Origin: Candidatus Thorarchaeota archaeon
GTDB taxonomy: Archaea; Asgardarchaeota; Thorarchaeia; Thorarchaeales; Thorarchaeaceae
Reading direction: 5' to 3'
Assembly: GCA_048882485.1 (NCBI GenBank)
Contig: JBHLRP010000053.1
Location: 1-22,936 of the forward strand
Length of the DNA stretch: 22,936 nucleotides
Every line of letters starts with the position of its first letter. The stretch's first letter is position 1. This document shows, in pieces, positions 1 through 8,893 of this stretch. The notes beneath the pieces are model-generated. The model was given only the letters and a program-made list of their open reading frames with translations. It searched no databases and was not told where the DNA came from. A program made the translations under genes and the position numbers.

Positions 1-1001
1 GTTTCACGTATCATGTCGTACGTATTGTTGCTTGGACCACCATCGCATCCAAGTGAGACTGGTACGCCTATCTCCAGCATCTCTGGCACCCTAGCAAAGC
101 CAGATGCTAACTTCATATTGCTCGCTGGACAATGAGAGATATTCGACTGAGAGGCTGCAAGTCGCTTGAGGTCGTCATCATCGAAGTGAATGCCATGTGC
201 AAACACCATATCAGATCCCAAAAGATGGTTCTCCTTAGCAAACTCAGTGAGCGTCATGTTGTAGTTATCCCGTACATAGCGAACATCATCAATGACTTCG
301 CCCAGGTGCATGGTCATTCTAGTTTGCTTTTCTCTGGCTAGGCTCGCCACTTCCTGGAATAACTCAGGAGTTACTGCACCTAGAGACCTCAGACCATACC
401 AGACCTGAAGTCGACCATCCGCCTTTCCATGCCACTTTGAATGCATCTGAGCAGTTTCAGAGAGACAGGCGTCCTTGTCCTCGACCATTCCTGGATACAT
501 GATGTCAGGACTGTCTGCGTACCCTGTGGAGTCCATTATTATCTTTGAAAGCGCGGCCCGCATGCCAACTTCCTTCACAGCTTGTGCGATTCCGTCAAAG
601 CCGTAGCGCGTGTGAATCATACATTCAATGAAGGAGGTGGTACCAGTTCGAATCATCTCTGCCATACAGAGTTCCGCAGACACCCTCCCATCGTCTTTTG
701 TGAAGTTGCCCTGGAGGACCCACACATAGCTCTTCAACCAGTCAACAAGAGAGACATCATCTGCACAGCCGCGGATTAATGCCTGTGCCAGATGCATGTG
801 CGTATCAATCATTCCCGGCATGACTATCATATTATTGGCATCGATAACGAGCTCCGCTTTTTCCTTTGCGAGCTCATCAGTTTTGCCAACTCTAGCAATC
901 TTTTGGCCTTCAACCAAAACTGAGCCATTCTTAATGATACGACGTTTCGCGTCCATTGTGAGGACGTATCCATTCTTTATCAGAATCGAGTCCACTGACA
1001 T
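1..1001 (-). CDS. Amidohydrolase, MtaD/AtzA/SsnA-like nucleoside/heterocycle deaminase (3' end runs off the window)
   Basis: Not in the ORF track because it has no stop in the window. Manual translation from ATG at 1001 gives MSVDSILIKNGYVLTMD...MPGMIDTHMHLAQALIRG...MIRTGTT...MHLGE...FAHGIH...SHCPASNMKLASG...LGCDGGPSNNTYDMIRE. This has the metal-binding HxH, HxxE, H and D motifs of the family. An SD-like GAGGCG lies upstream. Confidence 0.9.
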   Translation of the reverse strand, partial: MSVDSILIKNGYVLTMDAKRRIIKNGSVLVEGQKIARVGKTDELAKEKAELVIDANNMIVMPGMIDTHMHLAQALIRGCADDVSLVDWLKSYVWVLQGNFTKDDGRVSAELCMAEMIRTGTTSFIECMIHTRYGFDGIAQAVKEVGMRAALSKIIMDSTGYADSPDIMYPGMVEDKDACLSETAQMHSKWHGKADGRLQVWYGLRSLGAVTPELFQEVASLAREKQTRMTMHLGEVIDDVRYVRDNYNMTLTEFAKENHLLGSDMVFAHGIHFDDDDLKRLAASQSNISHCPASNMKLASGFARVPEMLEIGVPVSLGCDGGPSNNTYDMIRE

Positions 1002-1063
1002 GCTTACGCCTCTGACTCTAATCAGACAGAGCGTACGACATAATGATTGTGGTCAGTATTAGC

Positions 1064-2839
1064 CTATTCGGCGAGTCGAAACTCAACAGATACTTCAAGT
1101 CCCTTCTCAGGCTGGCCCTTCACTCGATCATGCACATCCAACTTGGCTCCATACTTCTCTGCTAGCCTACGCACAAGATGCAGGCCCACCCCGCCGTATC
1201 TGCGACTAGCATCAAACAGTGCCTGTTTCTTAGAAACATTCAGGCCGGGACCGTTATCCGCAACGATGAGCTTGAACGCATCATGACTAATCTTCCCACT
1301 TATCCAAATCTGCGGATCATTCCCTGTGTTGTGTCTAACGCCATTCTCTATCAGATTCCAGAGAAGCTGTGAGAGAGCCCCATCTGCAAAGACCTTGACT
1401 TTCCTCGGAATTCCGTTGAGGTTTGGAGTGATGTTGTATTGACTCATGAGGAGTTCCATCTCCCCTTCCAGCACCTTCACCAGGTCTGTTGCGACGACAG
1501 GATCGGCTTTTGTCTCCTCCGCCTTTCTCACTTTCCCAATCAAGGTCAGACATCTGTGTGCTCCATCGAGGACGTATTGCTTGGCTCGCACTATTTCTTC
1601 AGGAGTAGATTCTCGAGCGAGAAAGTCGCCTCCGGCTAGTATTAGTTGCATCTGGTTGCCTACGTCATGCATGAGCAGGTCTAGCAGGAATCGTGATTCG
1701 TTCTCAGCGGCCTTTAGGGGTGATACATCTGTGAATATTGCAAAACTCCCTGTGTAATTGCCTTCAGGATCGCGGATGGGTCCGGCCGAAGCCATGGCCT
1801 GAATCAAGTCCCCGAACTTCGATAATAGGGTTGTTTCATAGTGCTCTACCTCTCCTCTTCTTCTTGCATCGCCTCGATTCTTGTACTCCTCTTCAGCTAA
1901 ATCGTGAAAGATAGTCGTCCCATGTTTGCCAATCAGCTCATTCTCTTCATACCCGAGCATCTCGTTGAGAGCGGCATTGGTGTATACAATTATGCCATTC
2001 TCATCATCAATTCCCATTCCCGCGGTCATGGTCTCGACCAGTCGGCGATAGTTATGCTCCGACTCCTCAAGGCGGCGTCTATCAGCTTTCTGTTCAGTTA
2101 TATCTATAGCCTGTCCGATGGTTTTGGTCGCACCATTCTTGCCTCTTATAGTAGTGACATGGATACGCACATATCGATCAGAGCCATCTCCTCTCCTGAT
2201 TTTGACATCGTAGGAAGGAGGCACCTTTTCACCAAGCTGTCGCTTCCTATATCGATCGGAAACCAGCTCTACACTGTCAGGATGAACAAGACTGCGGAAA
2301 TCGGATCCAATAAGATCGGCCCGCCTTAGTCCAACGATGTCGCACAGTTTATCGTTCACATATTCGAATCTGTACTTGTCATCGATTATACCAATCCCAC
2401 TGAAGGTAGAGTATTCCACAATGTATTCGAGAAGATCTTTTCGTTCTTCCAGCTTTTCCTCAAAGGCTGTACGCCTAGACAAATCGACTATGTATGCAAC
2501 AAATCCGATTATCTTACCTTGATGTACAATCTTATCAGAGTAGATTTGAGTCGGAACCTGCACTTTGTCTTTTCTGATGACTCGTAGACTTAATGATTTG
2601 GGCTCCTCCCCCACCTCTAGCTGCACAAGACCTCTGTGGACTAGGTCAATCTGCTCCTCTGCAACAAGTGTGTCAAGGTGTAACTTATTGTATACATCTT
2701 TCATCCCCATCTTGAAGAGCTCTAGTGCCTTGGGATTTGCATATCGTAGATTCAGGTCTGTATCAAATTCAAGAACTGGGATGAGCATATTATCTGCCAC
2801 TTCTCTGAAACTTTTCCGTATTTTGTCCATGATATTCAC
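1064..2839 (-). CDS. Soluble multi-PAS sensor histidine kinase (3 PAS/PAC + HisKA-like + HATPase_c)
   Basis: Three PAS-like repeats (YANPKALELF, YVNDKLCDIVG, YTNAALNEMLGY with PAC ends). H-box LLMHDVGNQ, N-box NLIENGVRH, G1 VADNGPG, G2 GGVGLHLV. No obvious TM helix. Start is GTG 2839 or ATG 2830. Confidence 0.9.
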   Translation of the reverse strand: MNIMDKIRKSFREVADNMLIPVLEFDTDLNLRYANPKALELFKMGMKDVYNKLHLDTLVAEEQIDLVHRGLVQLEVGEEPKSLSLRVIRKDKVQVPTQIYSDKIVHQGKIIGFVAYIVDLSRRTAFEEKLEERKDLLEYIVEYSTFSGIGIIDDKYRFEYVNDKLCDIVGLRRADLIGSDFRSLVHPDSVELVSDRYRKRQLGEKVPPSYDVKIRRGDGSDRYVRIHVTTIRGKNGATKTIGQAIDITEQKADRRRLEESEHNYRRLVETMTAGMGIDDENGIIVYTNAALNEMLGYEENELIGKHGTTIFHDLAEEEYKNRGDARRRGEVEHYETTLLSKFGDLIQAMASAGPIRDPEGNYTGSFAIFTDVSPLKAAENESRFLLDLLMHDVGNQMQLILAGGDFLARESTPEEIVRAKQYVLDGAHRCLTLIGKVRKAEETKADPVVATDLVKVLEGEMELLMSQYNITPNLNGIPRKVKVFADGALSQLLWNLIENGVRHNTGNDPQIWISGKISHDAFKLIVADNGPGLNVSKKQALFDASRRYGGVGLHLVRRLAEKYGAKLDVHDRVKGQPEKGLEVSVEFRLAE

Positions 2840-3000
2840 AGTTCCGAAACAAGGGTGGTATTGGCTATCTTTCTAATCCGCACAACTTCCAGCTGCTCCG
2901 CAGGTCATCAAAGCTCTATACCTGCACTGGATTGATTTCTTTACTTCAATCAGTATACTTGAGGGTTATTTGGACAGATAGAACAGGCTTCCAGAATGGT

Positions 3001-3012
3001 AACAACTTAAAG
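3001..3012 (+). promoter_or_regulatory. Possible BRE/TATA box for the first Fe-S/AOR operon
   Basis: AACAAC-TTAAAG about 60 nt upstream of TTG 3071, with SD-like GGAGAG at 3055-3060. Consensus match only. Confidence 0.3.
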
Positions 3013-3070
3013 GGCGAACTACCTCGGGAAGGAGGGTCACACGAGAGAGAGAACGGAGAGTATAGATGAC

Positions 3071-3562
3071 TTGAAAAGCCTACTCGCGATCGATGTTGAC
3101 AAATGCACAGGTTGCAGAAACTGCGAACTTGGTTGCTCAACAGCTCAGACCAAAACCTTCAATCCTGCAAGATCACGAATCACGATTCTCAAGAATGAGG
3201 CCGAGGGCACAATCGTACCAATGGTCTGTCTGCAGTGCGAAAGCGCACTATGTGTGGATGCATGTCCCACAGGTGCGATAGTGAAGAACGAGTATGACAC
3301 ACTCTATGTGCACAGTGGTGATTGTATAGGTTGTGGAAACTGCGTTACAGCCTGCATATACGGCGGCATCGAGATTGACCCGATCACCCACAAGGCCATC
3401 AAGTGCGACCTATGCGGGGGACAGCCAGCCTGTGTCAAGGCGTGCGACTATGGAGCCATAGAACTCGTGGGAACAAAAGCGGATGATTTCACGAGACGTG
3501 CCAGAGGAATCAGCGTCTTATCTCCATTCTATAGCCATGAAGAGCAGGAGGTTGAACCATGA
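3071..3562 (+). CDS. 4x[4Fe-4S] electron-transfer subunit (DmsB/HydN-like) of AOR-family enzyme 1
   Basis: Four Cys groups: CTGCRNCELGC, CLQCESALCVDACP, CIGCGNCVTAC, KCDLC...PACVKAC. ATGA overlap with the downstream AOR gene. Confidence 0.9.
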   Translation: MKSLLAIDVDKCTGCRNCELGCSTAQTKTFNPARSRITILKNEAEGTIVPMVCLQCESALCVDACPTGAIVKNEYDTLYVHSGDCIGCGNCVTACIYGGIEIDPITHKAIKCDLCGGQPACVKACDYGAIELVGTKADDFTRRARGISVLSPFYSHEEQEVEP

Positions 3563-5490
3563 CATTTCCATACAAAGGGTACGCAGGATATTATGCAGAG
3601 GTTGACCTCAACAAGGGCAAGGTACACAAGCGCGAGATGGAGAAGGAATGGGCAAGACTGTATCTAGGTGGCACGGGAGTAGCAGCAAGAATACTTTGGG
3701 AAGAAACCGGACCAGAAACTGACCCGCTCTCTCCGGAGAATGTTCTCATTGTAGGAACTGGACCCCTCACTGGAGTCATGTTCTCGCCATCTGGTCGCAT
3801 GATGTTTGCTTCGAAAGGACCACTTACTGGTGTTTGGGCGGAATCCCACGTGGGTGGTTTCTTAGGGCCTGAGATTAAATACGCAGGATATGACTTTGTG
3901 ATCTTCAAGGGTCGTTCACCAAAGCCAGTCTATCTCTTTCTGCGAGATGGAGAAGCTGAGCTACTTGATGCAGGTCATCTCTGGGGTAGAGAGACAGATG
4001 TGACCATGGATATGATACGTGAGGAGCATAGAGATCCTGAGATTAAGACAGGGATAATTGGACCTGCTGGAGAGAATGGCGTTCTATACTCAAGCATCAT
4101 TGTGGACCGTTATAGGGCGGCGGGAAGGGCAGGTCTCGGTACGGTGTTAGCCTCGAAGAATGTGAAAGCAATAGCAGCCTCTGGTTCACTGGCCCTCGAG
4201 GCTCATGATATGGACAAGTATCTTGAGGCCAATGAGATTGAGATGCAGAGAGTCTGTGATCCAATCTGGACAGAATCCCTTGCATCGCTCAGGAAATACG
4301 GGACCACAGACCTTGTGGCGATAATAAACGAGATTGGCCGATTACCAACAAAGAACCATTGGACAGGATTTTACGAGGATGCGGATGATATAGGCCCAGA
4401 GATTATTGCGCAGAAGTACAGAGTTGCACAAGAAGCATGTCATGGATGCGAAGTGGGCTGCAAGTACATCTATCGGGTTAAGGAGGGCAAGTTTGCATAT
4501 GGCCCTGCAGGAGGGCCAGAATATGAAACTATCATGGCTTTTGGCTCCAATTGCCTCAACAATGATATTGAGGCGGTCTTTCATCTCGGCACAAGATGTG
4601 ATCTTCTGGGGATGGATACTATTTCCTGTGGGAAGAGCATTGGATTTGCAATGGAGCTCTGGGAGAAAGGCATTATCACCAAGAAAGATACAGATGGCCT
4701 CGACCTCTCATGGGGGAATGTAGACTCCATGGTGGAACTTGTTGAGAAAATTGCCAAGCGGGATGGATTCGGCGACCTTCTCTCGAAGGGTGTCCGAAAG
4801 GCTGCTGAGATAATCGGTGGAGATGCATGGATGTATGCTGTGCATGTCAAGGGACTGGAAGCCTCCGGTCAAGACCCTAGAGCACATCAGTCAATCGGCC
4901 TCACCTATGCAACGAATGCGCGAGGAGCAGATCATCTGCGGAGCCTCTCAAGCCTTGAAGAACTGGGATACCCAGACATCGTTAGGGCTCGATTTGATGA
5001 TGAGAAGACTGAAGCAATACTTGACATAATGTCACCAAAACACAAAGGCGAGGTGGTTTGGGATATCGAGGACCTCTACGCACTGGTTGACAGTGCTGTG
5101 ATATGTAAGTACGGTACAATGTGGCCACCTATCTACTATTTCGATACGTTCACCAATGTGATAGCTCCTCTTACAGGAATGGAGGAATGGTCACAACCCA
5201 AGTTCGTTAAACAAGCTGCCGAACGCATCAACCACTTGAGAAGAGCTTACAATCATCGCCTGGGTATAACAAGAAAGGAGGAAAACCTGCCCAAACGACT
5301 CCTGAAAGAGCCTATGCCCACAGGTCCTTCAAAGGGAGGTCTCCCTGACCTAGATGAGATGCTCGACGAATACTATGACTACAGGGGATGCGACAGAGAA
5401 ACGGGCTATCCAAAGAAGGAGAAGCTCGAAGAGCTTGGCCTTGACTTCGTAGTTGAAGATCTTGGCAAACGAAAGATGCTTGCAAAGTAG
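3559..5490 (+). CDS. aor: Aldehyde:ferredoxin oxidoreductase family (tungstopterin) protein, paralog 1
   Basis: AFOR motifs GPLTG, AAGRAGLGTVLASKNVKAI, YGT, CHGCEVGC (C294/297/301), GGPEYET, CDLLGMDTIS, ARGADHL, DSAVICKYG (C516), MLDEYYDYRG. Confidence 0.93.
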   Translation: MTFPYKGYAGYYAEVDLNKGKVHKREMEKEWARLYLGGTGVAARILWEETGPETDPLSPENVLIVGTGPLTGVMFSPSGRMMFASKGPLTGVWAESHVGGFLGPEIKYAGYDFVIFKGRSPKPVYLFLRDGEAELLDAGHLWGRETDVTMDMIREEHRDPEIKTGIIGPAGENGVLYSSIIVDRYRAAGRAGLGTVLASKNVKAIAASGSLALEAHDMDKYLEANEIEMQRVCDPIWTESLASLRKYGTTDLVAIINEIGRLPTKNHWTGFYEDADDIGPEIIAQKYRVAQEACHGCEVGCKYIYRVKEGKFAYGPAGGPEYETIMAFGSNCLNNDIEAVFHLGTRCDLLGMDTISCGKSIGFAMELWEKGIITKKDTDGLDLSWGNVDSMVELVEKIAKRDGFGDLLSKGVRKAAEIIGGDAWMYAVHVKGLEASGQDPRAHQSIGLTYATNARGADHLRSLSSLEELGYPDIVRARFDDEKTEAILDIMSPKHKGEVVWDIEDLYALVDSAVICKYGTMWPPIYYFDTFTNVIAPLTGMEEWSQPKFVKQAAERINHLRRAYNHRLGITRKEENLPKRLLKEPMPTGPSKGGLPDLDEMLDEYYDYRGCDRETGYPKKEKLEELGLDFVVEDLGKRKMLAK

Positions 5491-5537
5491 GCCAGGATTC
5501 CGAAAGGTCCAAGAGCAAGTTCACGTGCAATGACATT

Positions 5538-6494
5538 ATGTCAGCGGGAATCATTGACCTTGGTCCTGCTAAGTTCACTAGTGATGGCTCAAGCGACACA
5601 TTCAGAGAAATCGTTTCCGGGCTCAAATTGAAACCACCTGTAATAATCAAGCCGAACTGGTCATCTTCAATGGTATACACGGAGAGTGAGATTCTAGACT
5701 GGGTGCTTTCAGCAATTGAAGGCGAAGTTCTGATTGTCGAGAGTTACGCAGCTTGGCGCACCCACCTATTCATACAGCACAAAGGACCTAGAGATGATGA
5801 GTTCCTCAAGAGGTTGGGAAATCAGAAGAGAGCTGATTTTAGAGAGAACGATAAGTGGTTCCTGCGACATTCAGGAATTGACAGGGTACTAGAAAAGCAC
5901 GGTGTGGAATATCTCAATCTCTCAGAAGAATTATGGGCCAACCGTATGTGCGATTCAGATGTGATTGTTGCTCTCGTGGAAGCACAATCATCAATAGTTG
6001 AGAATCCAGAATTATACGAACTCGTTCCTGAACGGCTCTATGAGTTGAGGGGAGGCACCCTACTGAATCTAACCAAACCTAAAAGATCACTGAAAGCGCG
6101 GCACGTGTCGCTCACTCTAAAGAACTTGTTTGGAATGATTCCAAGTCCTTGGAGAGGGAAATACCACGGCGATGATGATTCCCTTCTTTGTCCAAATATT
6201 GTAGACATCAACAAGGTGTATAATGCGCTGTTTGATGTGAAAGGGATCATAGAAGCGGTGTATTCAACCTCAGAAACCGTGGATAATATTCTTCATCCCG
6301 CAATACATCGAGATATGGGATTGATTTGGAGTGGGATTGACACCCTAGAGTTAGATGCTCTTGTGTGTTCTCAGCTGGGGCTGAACCCAAGCCAAGTCGA
6401 CTACCTTCAATTGGCTTCAGAGAAGATCAAGCAGTGGAATGAAAGCACTGTGAAGGTTGGAATGGCTAATCCAGTTAGATATCCCGGTGTCTAG
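5538..6494 (+). CDS. DUF362-family protein
   Basis: VIIKPN near the N-terminus, SLTLKNLFGMIP and D..ELDA motifs typical of DUF362. No appended ferredoxin domain. Confidence 0.7.
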   Translation: MSAGIIDLGPAKFTSDGSSDTFREIVSGLKLKPPVIIKPNWSSSMVYTESEILDWVLSAIEGEVLIVESYAAWRTHLFIQHKGPRDDEFLKRLGNQKRADFRENDKWFLRHSGIDRVLEKHGVEYLNLSEELWANRMCDSDVIVALVEAQSSIVENPELYELVPERLYELRGGTLLNLTKPKRSLKARHVSLTLKNLFGMIPSPWRGKYHGDDDSLLCPNIVDINKVYNALFDVKGIIEAVYSTSETVDNILHPAIHRDMGLIWSGIDTLELDALVCSQLGLNPSQVDYLQLASEKIKQWNESTVKVGMANPVRYPGV

Positions 6495-6541
6495 ATTCCT
6501 GTCTGGGAACTCTTATGTTGAAGGACTCTAGACAGAATTGC

Positions 6542-7636
6542 ATGGCAGACCTTAGAGTAGAGATAGCTGGGATGAGGTTCAGAAATCCTGTTTTCACTGC
6601 GGCAGGACCTACCTCAAGAGATGGAATTACTTTGCTCAATGCCGCAGCTGGAGGCGCAGGAGGACTAGTGGCAAAGACAGTCAGTGTCAAACCTGCGGAT
6701 GTGCCCAAGCCCAACATGGCTGCATTAGGCAGCGGGCGTCGTGAGTCAAGGCGAGGAATCCTAAATGCAGAGTTATGGAGCGAATTGCCCCTAGAACGAT
6801 GGTTAGAGAACGAGTATGAGATTGCCCTGGGCTCAGGACTTCCCGTAATTGCGAGTGTCGGCTACACGCCAGAGGAAGTAGCCGAAATTGCTCCAAAGAT
6901 TCAGGCAAAAGGTGTCAGTGCGATTGAATTCAGCACACACTATGTCGGAGGCCACGTAGAGATAGCAAAGTCCCTGAAAGAGTCTGTGGACATCCCAATA
7001 TTTGCCAAGCTCAGCCCCAAAGTCGATGTTGCAACGATAGCAAAGGAATTGGACCCCTTCGTCGACGGGATTGTTGGAATCAATACATATGGACCGGTTC
7101 TTAGGATTGACATTGAAACAGGTAAGCCGGTCCTTGGAAGCAACTTGGGAGAGGGATGGATGAGTGGCGCATCCCTCAAACCCATCGCAATGAAGTGTAT
7201 CGCGGACATTGCGAGGAACACCAAGAAGCCAGTCATAGCAGTGGGTGGAGTCACGACAGGAGAGGACGTGATCGAATTCTTGATGGCTGGAGCATCCGCG
7301 GTTGAAGTATGTACAGCAGCAATCCTGCAGGGTGACACAGTCTATGGTCAGATTGCCGGAGAGATTGCCAATTGGCTGGATGAGCATGGATATGACTCAG
7401 TGAATGATATCAAGGGAATAGCCCTCAAGCATCTTGAGAAGGGAGTAAAATTGAGCCCGCCCCCCAAAGTAGACCTCGAGAAATGCACTAGGTGTGGGCT
7501 GTGCCCAAAGTCATGTGTGTACCACGCGATTAATCTGGACAAAGGGAAGGGGACTTTCTCTATTGACGCTGAGAAATGCGAAGGGTGCGGCATGTGCATC
7601 TCAGTATGTCCATATTTTGCACTAAGCATGGATTAG
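6542..7636 (+). CDS. Dihydropyrimidine dehydrogenase PreA / class-1 dihydroorotate dehydrogenase-like FMN enzyme with C-terminal 2x[4Fe-4S] domain, non-canonical active site
   Basis: MADLRVEIAGMRFRNP..AAGP, AKT, NAELWSE, FAKLSP, GINT, SGASLKPIA, GGV..GEDVIEFLMAGASAVEVCT. C-terminal CTRCGLCPKSC and CEGCGMCISVCP. ATG 6542 preferred over 6515 because it gives the family-typical N-terminus. Confidence 0.85.
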   Translation: MADLRVEIAGMRFRNPVFTAAGPTSRDGITLLNAAAGGAGGLVAKTVSVKPADVPKPNMAALGSGRRESRRGILNAELWSELPLERWLENEYEIALGSGLPVIASVGYTPEEVAEIAPKIQAKGVSAIEFSTHYVGGHVEIAKSLKESVDIPIFAKLSPKVDVATIAKELDPFVDGIVGINTYGPVLRIDIETGKPVLGSNLGEGWMSGASLKPIAMKCIADIARNTKKPVIAVGGVTTGEDVIEFLMAGASAVEVCTAAILQGDTVYGQIAGEIANWLDEHGYDSVNDIKGIALKHLEKGVKLSPPPKVDLEKCTRCGLCPKSCVYHAINLDKGKGTFSIDAEKCEGCGMCISVCPYFALSMD

Positions 7637-7659
7637 ACCTTCTCGACACGCATGGATAA

Positions 7660-8865
7660 CTAGAGATACAGAATTTCATCGAGTCTGTCTGTTAGAAGAA
7701 CTGCTCTGTCTGTGCTAACTAGGTAGTCATTCTCTATTCGTACGCCTCCATACTCCTTGAAGTAGACACCCGGTTCAACTGTAATCACATGACCAGACTT
7801 GAAGTGATCTTGACGATTATATAGAGATGGATACTCATGGACCTCAAGACCAATGCCATGTCCAAGCCCATGGGTCATTCCTTCTGTGGCCTCGGGATTG
7901 AGACGACGAGAGTCGTATCCTGAACGCTTGAGACTCTCAGCGCACGCCATGTTGACATCATCGATTTGAACCCCATCTTTGAGAGCATCAACTGCTGCAC
8001 CGACTGACGCCTGAACTGACTCGAACATGTCGCATAGTTTCTTACTGACTGTACCCTTAACAAAGGTACGAGTCACGTCTGCCACATATCTCTCCTGTTT
8101 CAATCTGGGAAACACATCAAGTATAATTGGCTCCTCAGCCTTGAGCTCATCCTCAAGCGCACCTAGATAATGCCAGTCAAACCCTTTCTTTCCTACAGCC
8201 AAGATTGTGTCCATCGCAGCCTCTGCACCATGATCGAGGAGAAAGTGCTCAAGCGCTAGTTTTATCCGTCCAACCGTCAATGCCTCGCCTTCATACATCA
8301 GGGTTTTGTTGGGACCTATGTCTGAGTCCTTGACCATCTCAAGCAGTTTGGTGATTCCACCCACGGTTGCATCTCCCGCCTTCTTTATTGCGTCAATCTC
8401 AGCAGCGGATTTCGTTGCACGCGCTTCCTTCAACAGTTCTGGAACTACTTTCACTTCGTACCCCATTTTTTGAATGATTACAAGTCGTTCAGCAGGGAAG
8501 TGATCAGGTACACCGACAACTTTGCCAGTAAAGACTTTCTTCATAACGTCTTTCACAAAGACGCCAATATTATCACGCGCGCTTTTCCCCTCCTTCATTA
8601 GTCCGATGTAGATCTCGGACAAGTCATGTGTTCTTCTTATTCGGCTCTCCTTCAGAACCCGTTCCAGAGTGTTGAGGAAGGTGGCCACAACTGGTTCTTC
8701 GCCTCGGTTTTTCACGTATGTAATCTGGTCTGTCGACCTGAATCCAGTCAGCCAATAAATGTCTGGAGTTTCGTACACATTTCCGGTAGCAATTATTCCA
8801 TCAACCTCATAGTTCTCCATTAGCGAGTCCAAATCATCCAGCACTGCATCCACCGGTTTGCTCAC
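7660..8865 (-). CDS. Xaa-Pro aminopeptidase / prolidase (peptidase M24B)
   Basis: ILDVFP, YVADVTRT, HGLGHGIGLEVHE, TVEPGVY, GGVRIE: all five metal ligands present. GTG start. Confidence 0.9.
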   Translation of the reverse strand: MSKPVDAVLDDLDSLMENYEVDGIIATGNVYETPDIYWLTGFRSTDQITYVKNRGEEPVVATFLNTLERVLKESRIRRTHDLSEIYIGLMKEGKSARDNIGVFVKDVMKKVFTGKVVGVPDHFPAERLVIIQKMGYEVKVVPELLKEARATKSAAEIDAIKKAGDATVGGITKLLEMVKDSDIGPNKTLMYEGEALTVGRIKLALEHFLLDHGAEAAMDTILAVGKKGFDWHYLGALEDELKAEEPIILDVFPRLKQERYVADVTRTFVKGTVSKKLCDMFESVQASVGAAVDALKDGVQIDDVNMACAESLKRSGYDSRRLNPEATEGMTHGLGHGIGLEVHEYPSLYNRQDHFKSGHVITVEPGVYFKEYGGVRIENDYLVSTDRAVLLTDRLDEILYL

Positions 8866-8893
8866 ATACTAACTGACGAAAAAGGGTTGCCAT

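Noticed and set aside
132-1062. Short plus-strand ORFs (132-341, 582-779, 796-1062) and similar small ORFs elsewhere in the track
   Set aside because: They are antisense or off-frame shadows of well-supported genes and have no motifs of their own.
3011-3070. Purine-rich leader with a small CCTC/GAGG hairpin and GA run before the AOR operon (Moco/Wco riboswitch?)
   Set aside because: It is too short and lacks a recognisable multi-stem architecture. An Rfam search would be needed.
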